64,000 bases of DNA from the human T2T-CHM13v2.0 reference genome, Homo sapiens. Location: the NCBI RefSeq assembly GCF_009914755.1, contig NC_060928.1, one strand, 5' to 3'. The position numbers and the translations under genes are program-made. This document shows positions 54,205-64,000 of this stretch, in pieces (positions within the stretch are counted from its first letter, which is position 1; every line of letters begins with the position of its first letter). The notes under the pieces were generated by a model. The model was given only the letters and a program-made list of their open reading frames with translations. It was not told the origin of the DNA and searched no databases.

Positions 54205-55257
54205 TCAAACCTCAGGCTACAGTAGACCCTCTTTCTATCACACTGATAAATTTTTTATATAAAGTCTAAATCTGTAAGCAAATTTGCTCTTTGGTTTGTG
54301 TCTACCTTTCTATGACCAACTTTGGAAGTTTGTCTATGTAGTGTAAGGCTTTTAACAGACTTCTTTCATCTTTGCACTTATATAATAAGTATACACATAA
54401 ATTTATTTTATATAATATATAATATTTATATGCAATAAGTATGTACAACAAATATGTTTTCAATTACTACATTTTAAGGTATTTGTTGATAGTAGTCATC
54501 AATTGATATTTAATTTTAAAGTCTGTAATTATGTTGAGCTATTACAAATCAAAGTGCCCAGAACTGAGGACATAATCAAAAGTGTTTTCAAAACTAGATC
54601 ATTGGCTAGAAATTAAAATTATCTTTGGACATTTCAGTCAAATATGTTTTGAAAAATAAGGTGCTATTTATCAAGACCATTTTATAACGTGTTATCATGA
54701 GAAAAGTTTTTTTCTAAATCACGTAACTTTCTATCCAGCATGACCTGTGATACCAGCTGACAATGTATATGGTCACAGTGGCACTCAGGAATTATCATCA
54801 GAAGGGAGGTCAAATTGGAATCCTTTATCTAAAGAATTTCCATTTTACTCAATCTGTACATGTCATATACACCTTAAAGTTCATCTATTCACTCACTTAA
54901 AATATTATGCAATTCCTCAGTCCTCAGCTTCAACTTACAGAAAATCTATTAAAAATAACAACTTGTTTAAGATAAAATATGTGCTAATTACTCTATCATA
55001 CCTCTATGTAGTAGAGTAACAAAAAAAAGAGAATGTCAATGAATATGATCTAAACTAATTCCATCATTGCTAGCAGTTGAAATAATTTAATCTGATTATA
55101 GAACTAAATCCAGTAAACTGAAGCTTAACACAAAAATAAAGCATTATTTTAAAATATCTTACAGTTTTATATATGGCCACAAAAATTCTTGTGGTAAGAA
55201 TTTTTCAAACATGCAAATATTGAATAATGTGACTTTCTCTTTAAGAGTAGCTAAACT

Positions 55258-55548
55258 GGCTGGGTGTAGTGGCTCACATCTGTAATCCCAGCACTTTGGG
55301 AGGCCAAGCGGATCACGAGGTCAAGAGATCCAGACTATCCTGACAAACATGGAAAAACCCCGTCTCTACTTAAAAAAAAAAAAAAAAATTAGCTGGGTGT
55401 GGTGGTGTGCACCTGCAGTCCCAGCTACTTGGGAGGCTGAGGCAGGAGAATCACTTGAACCCAGGAGGCAGAGGTTTCAGTGAGCCGAGATCACACCACA
55501 GCACTCCAGCCTGGTGACACAGTGAGACTCCATCTCAAAAAAAAAAAA
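55258..55548 (+). mobile_element. AluSc-like
   Basis: Dimer with polyA tail. Confidence 0.9.
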
Positions 55549-55573
55549 GCTGAATTGGTCCCCCGCAGTAATT

Positions 55574-55868
<295 letters not shown>

Positions 55869-55884
55869 GCTAAATTATTTACTT

Positions 55885-55920
55885 TTAGTTTGGTGCAAAA
55901 GTAATTGCGGTTTTTGCCAT
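55885..55920 (+). mobile_element. Half MADE1 / solo Hsmar1 terminal inverted repeat
   Basis: TTAGTTTGGTGCAAAAGTAATTGCGGTTTTTGCCAT. Confidence 0.88.
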
Positions 55921-57093
55921 ACTATTTAGTTCTAATAAGCTGTTTCTAAACCACCCTCTTATTCTAACCCAACTTTGATCCAAACAGACCACAAACTTTC
56001 ATAAAATGGCATCTGTCCTCAGGCTTTTCTAGATAGGGAAACATGTCTGTTTCATAAGAAACCTTAGTCCACAGTTTCAAACTGTTCAGAAGAATTTCTT
56101 TAAGAAAAAAAAAAAAAACAAACAAGATTGTGCCTGTGAGTGAAAAGATGCTTAAGATTTGAAAAAAAAAAAAAAAAAAAAAGAAAGAAAGAAAGTGCTA
56201 GTCTTATGAGGATAGAAATAACGAAATTTAATTCCCATTAAATTCTTAGGCTTTCTAGGAAAGCTGTGGTGATGAGGCTTCCGTAAGTGCAAATATCTTT
56301 GTGGATGGCTGTGAACACATATGTTCAGGAAAAGTGAAACAAAACCTGAACCGACGTCCCTCCACACACAGGTCACCAAACATCTGTCATAAGTTATCAA
56401 TTACTACCCTAGACTGGACTCAAGCCTGTGACCCGAGGTTGAAAAAGTCACATAGTTCATCCTCTTACCCTGTCTGTGATTTTTCTATGTATCATCTTTA
56501 AAGCTTCTGTTTAAATCTCCAGGGATTTGGAAGATCAGATGACCCCATGAAGTTAATAATATATTTACACCCGAGGTGTCTATGTATATCACCCTGGGGT
56601 TGATCACGCTTGCTGCACCAAAATGCTTTAACCTATAGTTGGCATAGCTCTTTAATTGCATAAATTCCTTAATTGCAACCTACAAACAATGTCTCCTCGT
56701 CCAAGGAGGGTGTTTTTTTTTTTTTCTTAAGATTTTGGCTTTGATTAAATGTTAATACATATAAGACTTCTGGGCAAACAAACAAACAGGCAAACAAAAA
56801 CTGAAAACTCTTCTGGGCATGACTAGGTGAGCTTCTTCCCTTGAGAAGAATTAGTTATTGGAGAGACTACTAAATAAAACTTAGGTGACAGCATCAATTT
56901 TCAGAGCCTTTGATCTCTAATGGGTCGCATTCCTGTAATATCCCACCTCAGTTGGATGTGTGAGAACTAATCATGGCATAGCCATATCACTCACTCACTG
57001 ATCATATGATGATACCAGTTTTGCCACACAGTGATGGCATCATCTCTTCGGGGATCATGACGGCCTCATCTATGAAGTCAAAGGACTAGGCTA

Positions 57094-57412
<319 letters not shown>

Positions 57413-58058
57413 CCTTAGGTCCTTTCTTGTTCTACAATTCTGAGGAATGGAAAGTAGTGCAAATCTCCAAGAGAATTATGGAAAAGATAAGGGTTCAGTG
57501 TGATCAGGCACTGGATGACTCCATGCTTGTCCAGGTTCAGAAACTGTGGGACATACTTTGCTTTATTTTGATTTTTTTCCCTTTGTAATAATACAGAAAC
57601 CCAGTCAGCATCTCCCAGTGCAGAGTTTGGGTGGGTACCTTGCCTCATAGGCCAATAGGTGCATCGTCTTTCTGTATGATCATCATTGCTCTAGTTAAAC
57701 TTTAAAAAGCTGCAGTAACTCAACATGTAGTGAGATTTCAGGTTTCAGTTAATGACAAGATAATGTCTTGAATGTACAGGGAAACAGGGAAGCAAATTTT
57801 CAAACCTCGGTCAAGGTGAAGATATACCATGACTTCGAAGTGGACAGTACTTGGGGTGGTAGGGGAGAAGCCCAGCCTGGAACTGAGTGAAGGAAGAGGA
57901 GAGTAGTTGTAGGACATGAGATTGCAGAGTTGAGCATCTGTGTGTTGGTGGGAGCATGAAGTATACAGGCTCTGCTAAGGTCTTTGGCTTCTATACTGAG
58001 TGAGATGAGTGAGATGGGGAATCACTGGAGAGTTTTGAACTGGAGTGATATGATCTGA

Positions 58059-58388
<330 letters not shown>

Positions 58389-61300
58389 TCCGGCCCAAAC
58401 TTTTTAAACAAGATCTATAGCAGCCATGCTGAGAATAGACTTGGAGAGGCAAGGGTGGAAGCAGGGATGTAGGGTAGAATACTGACTTCTAGTACCAGCT
58501 CTGCTGTGAATGTTCTTTGTGCCTGTGAGCCAGTCATTTCACCACAAAAGCCTCAATTTTTACCTGTAAAATGAGAGGATCATTAATATCTGAGATTCCT
58601 TTCATTTCTACCTTTCAGTGGGTCAATACTTGAAAGAATATTGCAAATTTTTTCCTATTAAACATAAGCATTTTTACACATGGTGTTTCCAAAATTTATA
58701 CCTTCTTTCTCATAGTTTCAAAGTGCAAATTTTGAAACTCAGTACATTAGCAACATAGGATATTTCATGGGTTCTGGTGAAAGGTTGTAAATTACAGGAA
58801 AATATCAATTGTGGTAATGTAATGAAGAGGGCTCACTCTACGCCAGTTGTAATTGCTAATTCATGAAAATGGTAACCACAATTAAAGACTGTTTGAATGA
58901 GACACACACACATATGTGTTCCTCCTAGGAAATGCACATTTAAAGGGAGAAAGGGGGGAAAATATGATTATTTTTTAAAGGATAACTATACTTGGGTTTA
59001 GCATAGAAAAGGTCAAAATCCAGGTATCCTGAAGTCAGAGAGGATTAAAATGATAATGGAATATAAAAACATAGACCTCTAATAAGGGGATATGGAAAGC
59101 TTATTGTAGGGAATTTCTAACCTTTTAAATTGTAAAATAATTGACCTTACTAATAAAGTACCTATAATTCACTCTCAAAAGTAGAATAATCCCAAATATC
59201 CATAATGGGTTTCTTCTTTGTTGTAGATATTTGAGCAAATAACCTCATCTAACAAATCATTCTTTCAGGCTGTATGTTAAGCTGGCAAAGAACTGTCCCC
59301 TTTCGTACCTGCATCTGAATCTATGGAAGTTAATTTGGTTGTGGATAGAGTAAATTAGATGTGAAAAATTGAAAAAGGAAAGAGGTTAATGCTTGATCAT
59401 CTTACTTGCACATGTAAGGATTGCAGGGCTCTGTGTTTCCTTGAGAGAATTCCCATGATGCCAATTAACCTAACTTATTCCAAAACAATTCTCTGTTTGG
59501 AAAGAATAATTTTCATTGTGGGTGTTCCTTGAAATTGTATGCCTCATCCCCTGTTATTACTGAGATGTGTGCTGTGCAATTGAAAGTACCAACCTCGTTT
59601 CCATACACTGTATAGATTAGAGCTGTATCCCACACACAGTGTCAAATAATGTTTTAATTTTGTCCAATGAACACATATTTTAACTTCTAGCAATTTTTTA
59701 AAATGTGCGAAGGCCATCTCTGCTTAATGTTAAACTCAATATCTTATGTCAAAAAATAAAAGCAGGAGACTTGTTTTAATCAGGAAATAGCTTTTCTTGC
59801 CATTTATTTTTTAAGTCAACTTCCTTGGCTGGGTTTAAATGGCATCTTCATTTTTTAAAATAGTATAATGCATTTTTCCTCCACTGTGAGAATAAACTGG
59901 ACTAGAAAAGGTTGAAAAGGATATAACTAACTTTTGGTAAATGTATTATCCTTTTTATTAGACTGCGTTCTCTATTTGGATTGCTGGAGTTAAAAAAAAA
60001 CGAATAAATCAATTAAAAAATATGCATTCTGAAATTTAATTTGGTGAATAGAATATATGTGCTTTTCATCAGGTACACACCTTTTTAAGTCTGAAACCAC
60101 CACACACAAAGAATTTAATTCTGACAGACGTTTGTTCTCAGCATAAATACTTTAGGGCCAATAGTTGTCCCCACTTAATCATGCTTCTTAAAAGTGAATT
60201 CCAGAAGACTTGAGGCCCCAAATGACCCCTGGTAAGGTGAGTTGTCAGTAAATTACTTTTATGATGTGCCCTAGGGAAGTAGGTCTGCTAGAAACTTGGT
60301 AGGGAACTGGGCCCCTTTGCCTGTAGGGGGATGACCTTTAACTTCATCTAACCTTTGTGTTTCTAATTCTAAATTTCTGGGAGGCAGTTAGTCACATTGT
60401 TGGATATCATTTTAAAAGAGTCTCTCCTTTACTCAGAAGACAGTGTTAACCACAATTTTGTTGTTTAACCTAATAAAATGCTTAACCTAATAAGCATTTA
60501 TTTCTATACTTTAATTTTAAATACCATTTAATGAATTGAAATAGAAATGAGTTCCAAATGGATTCATAGTTAAATTATGACTGCTTTAGATAAAATTTAG
60601 GAAACACTGCAGAACATTTAATCTCTCTAATTTTGCTAATTTGAACTTACTATGTGACTTGAAAATGCATAAGAACAATTAGAGATGAATGAAGATATTA
60701 CATCAGAATACAATTAATTTTTCACAAAATATTTAGTTATTGAAGACAAATCTTGCTAACTTTGTTGTCTTCATTACGAGAAAGTTTTTATGGTGCTTTT
60801 AAGGAATAATAAATACAATGAAATTATCAAACAGGAATTTAGATTCAGTTTTGGATTAAAAACCCTTATTTGGCTATATTAAACTGAAACCATTGGGAAA
60901 TAATTTTTGTTTACAGGACATAAAATACAAAGAGATTATTAATTTCTCATTAGTTTTGGCTAATATTTGATAGGGCAGTATTTTTCATTCTTTCCTAAAC
61001 AAAAATAGTTCATGGCTCAGTTTTGTTAACTATAATTGTACTATTTGATTAAAAAACATTTCATATGTATATATACATATGTGTGTGTATATATATGCAT
61101 AAAACACTGTATTGTTTAATGAAATATTACTGAAAATATAAACTTTTCTAAAAAATTACACACCTAATTTTTAACCAGAGAATGTTTAGGTATATGAGTA
61201 GTACATAGACTAAATGTGGAATATTTCCATAATCTCTTTGGTTTATATTTCAGTTTATAGCATAAGCAAAGCCAGGCAGTCTAAACTTTGCATTTGATAT

Positions 61301-63784
61301 CAATCCTTTGGAGGAGATCAACAATAAGCAGTCATAGGAGCCATTAGTATAACTTCAGTAATTTTTCAGTGGGGAAAGGAGATCATCAAAATTCTTTCCT
61401 ATAAACCAAAGGTTCTGGCTCAAGAGTGTACGTAAACAAGATGTATGTTTTAAATACAGCTTAAATGCCACCCAGGAGAGAAATTCAATGGTGAAAGAGT
61501 TGTCAACAGACTGAGGGCAATCTTTAAATGATGGGGAAAATATTAAATTAATGACACTAATGTTGGGAATACACAGCCATCTGCTTCCAAGAAATTCAGC
61601 ACAAAATGTCCCCTTTTCCCCCACTCTAAATTGTTTATATTTGGATCCAGAGAGATAATAATAGTAAAGCAAAAGATTTTACTTGAGAACATGGCAACCA
61701 AACTCAGAATTTTGAAACAAATTTGAAAATAAAGTTAGAATAAAATGTTATTATAATCCTGCCAAAAGCATTTGTTCATCATCATGTACATTTCTACTTA
61801 GATATGGCTAGGAGCAGAGTTTTTTAAGTTATTGTTTGTATGTTTGTTTTTGTTTGGTCAAAAATTTTGCATGAAAGTAAATTTATGGTTGTAACCATTA
61901 CAGCATGTCCCACGTTATCATTCTCTGGAGACTTGCTATTCAGTTTCCATTCAACCTGGACGAAAACACACACTCATAATGTGTTCTATGCAATGAACAG
62001 GGCCCATCTCTGGAGCCATCTCTGGGGCCCAACCCAAAACACAGGACCTAGAATGTGGAAGGTAGTTTCCCCACAGGAATATCAGTGTGCTTTCATCAGA
62101 GGAAGGTAAATGGGTGGTGGTCAGGAAAAGCAACAAGGATATGAGGAACTCAAATTTCATGAGGGAGAGGAAATAGAAGCAGAAAAACTATAAATGACCT
62201 GATGTATGCCGTAAGGAAGGTATAACCAAAGTCTTGGAGATGCCAGAGGAAAGAACAGGTGAACCGGTAACTCCATCCTTCTGAGGATGACTGTGTCTCA
62301 CATAGGAATGATTCTTAAAGGATATGGGCATTGCCTTTCATGCAAGAAACATGATTAAGAGATTGAGATCAGGCTAAACATGTAAACTGAGGCCAGAGAG
62401 GGTACCTATAAAACATCTTATATGTTCAGCTAGGGACTCTGTGTCTCTTCTGTGGTAAACAGCAAGGACAGTTATGGCCAGCCTCCCAATGACATGTTAG
62501 GTCTCTGTGCAACCAGTTGGCTTAAGACAAATGTTACCTTAGCTACTGTGACTGCCGTTCTTCCCCTTGTACAGGATTTGGGAGCTTCTCCCTGTTTGGG
62601 GGACAAGACAGCTTAAAAACTGAGTCTCAAAAGAAATGAAAAATGAATGCAAGGGGAGAAGACTTTAGGAAAAACAGAAACTCAATTCAGATGGGCTTCA
62701 TCAAAAACCAAACAATTTTACTTTCCCCCGTGTTGGCTTCATTTTTTCGCAGGCTTTCTCCTTGCAGCACAGATTGTAGCAGCTCTAAGCTTACATCCTA
62801 CCAGCTTAGCAAATCCAGGAGAATGAGGGCTGCTTTTCCGTGAGTCTCAACAGCAGTCTCATAACAGATGCCACTGGATTGGGCCCCACACCCATCCTGG
62901 GGCCACTCATGGGTCCCAGAACTTCTCTGGAGCCAAGGACAGAGTCCAAAGCACTCAGCCACAAGTGTGGAAAGGGTACCACCCCAAGGGGAAATCGAGG
63001 TGTTGTTAGTAGAGAAAGGAGTGGACCCTGGGCAGCAATAACAACAGACATTCACGGCTTACAGAACAAATAAGACCACTCGGAGCCGGAGTCCAGGCTC
63101 TTAATATTCAATCCTGCCTGACATTCTCCCTGTGCTTCTTAGTACTGGGCTTTCCTCTGTTAGAGACATTTAAGGTTTATAAAGCAACCCAAATTAAGGC
63201 TTTTGCTTGGTAGAGTGTGCCTAATTAGATGGTATTTTCTTAATGTTCATATAATATTTGTTTCTTGCTCACTTATATCTACTTCCTTTTATAAGACGTG
63301 TAGACCCAGAGAGGTACCCACATTTGAGGTAGCAATGAAATATGTCCAGGAAGCCTTGCTGGAACGCCAGAAGCAATGGGGTCAAAAAGACTGACTTAGT
63401 AACTTCTAAGTTGCAGAAAATGGCTCATCTCCCAAAAAAGGAGTCGCTGAATCCTTGTAGGAAACACATCTATACAACCTATAGTCCCATCCTTACTTTA
63501 AAAGGCTTTTGTAAAATTTCTATTTTATTTCTGTCCATTAATCATATTTATTAGGGAATCACTGTAATTTGCATCTAAAACTATAAGAATAACAGAATTA
63601 TATCAGGAACTGCCTCCAAAATGCTTATATAGAGATTATGAAACATCTAATGATGAGGTTTTGTACTTTGGTAACTTAACTTTGAAATATTTTGTACCCT
63701 ACGGCTCTAAAGTTCACATTTTCTTTCCAATGATGTTGAACTCCATTATGTGCAATTTAATTAACTTTGGTAAACAAGTATGAC

Positions 63785-64000
63785 TTTTTTTATTATTATT
63801 ACACTTTAAGTTCTGGGATGCATGTGCAGAACATGCAGGTTTGTTACATAGGTATACACGTTCCATGGTGGTTTGCTGCACCTATCAACCTGTCATCTAC
63901 ATTAGGTGTTTCTCCTAATGCTATCCCTCCCCTAGCCCCCCATCCCCCTGACAGGCCTCGGTGTGTGATATTCCCCTCCCTGTGTCCACATGTTCTCATT
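63785..64000 (-). mobile_element. L1PA 3' end (continues beyond the window)
   Basis: ttattattacactttaagttctggg...catgtgcagaacatgcaggtttgttacataggtatacac. Confidence 0.93.

Noticed and set aside
62643-63073. Cluster of four short ORFs in a GC-richer patch; possible HHIP exon 5
   Set aside because: None continues the HHIP protein (expected to resume GGDERGLL); no known domain

Overview
Mammalian (human or very close primate) genomic DNA containing the 5' half of HHIP (Hedgehog-interacting protein) on the + strand. It holds a CpG-island promoter (about 30.4-32.7 kb) and coding exons 1-4 (codons 1-277), then runs into the long intron 4; exon 5 is outside the window. The 28 kb upstream is repeat-rich intergenic DNA (Alu, L1, L2, MaLR/ERV1 solo LTRs, MER44). 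The promoter is bidirectional, and minus-strand splice and polyA signals at 28.3-31.1 kb fit the known lncRNA HHIP-AS1. Most short ORFs in the track are Alu/L1/microsatellite noise. Best second-look items: (1) an intron-4 read-through giving a 320-aa truncated HHIP; (2) an out-of-frame 180-codon uORF whose ATG sits at the likely TSS and overlaps the HHIP start; (3) exons 2-4 total 552 nt in phase 0/0, so a back-spliced circle would carry a stop-free ORF; (4) an MLT1 LTR containing copies of both of its own flanking regions; (5) GLI-like motifs in introns 1-2. No wholly new protein-coding system is supported. Repeat subfamily names come from recalled consensus sequences and need RepeatMasker/Dfam confirmation.
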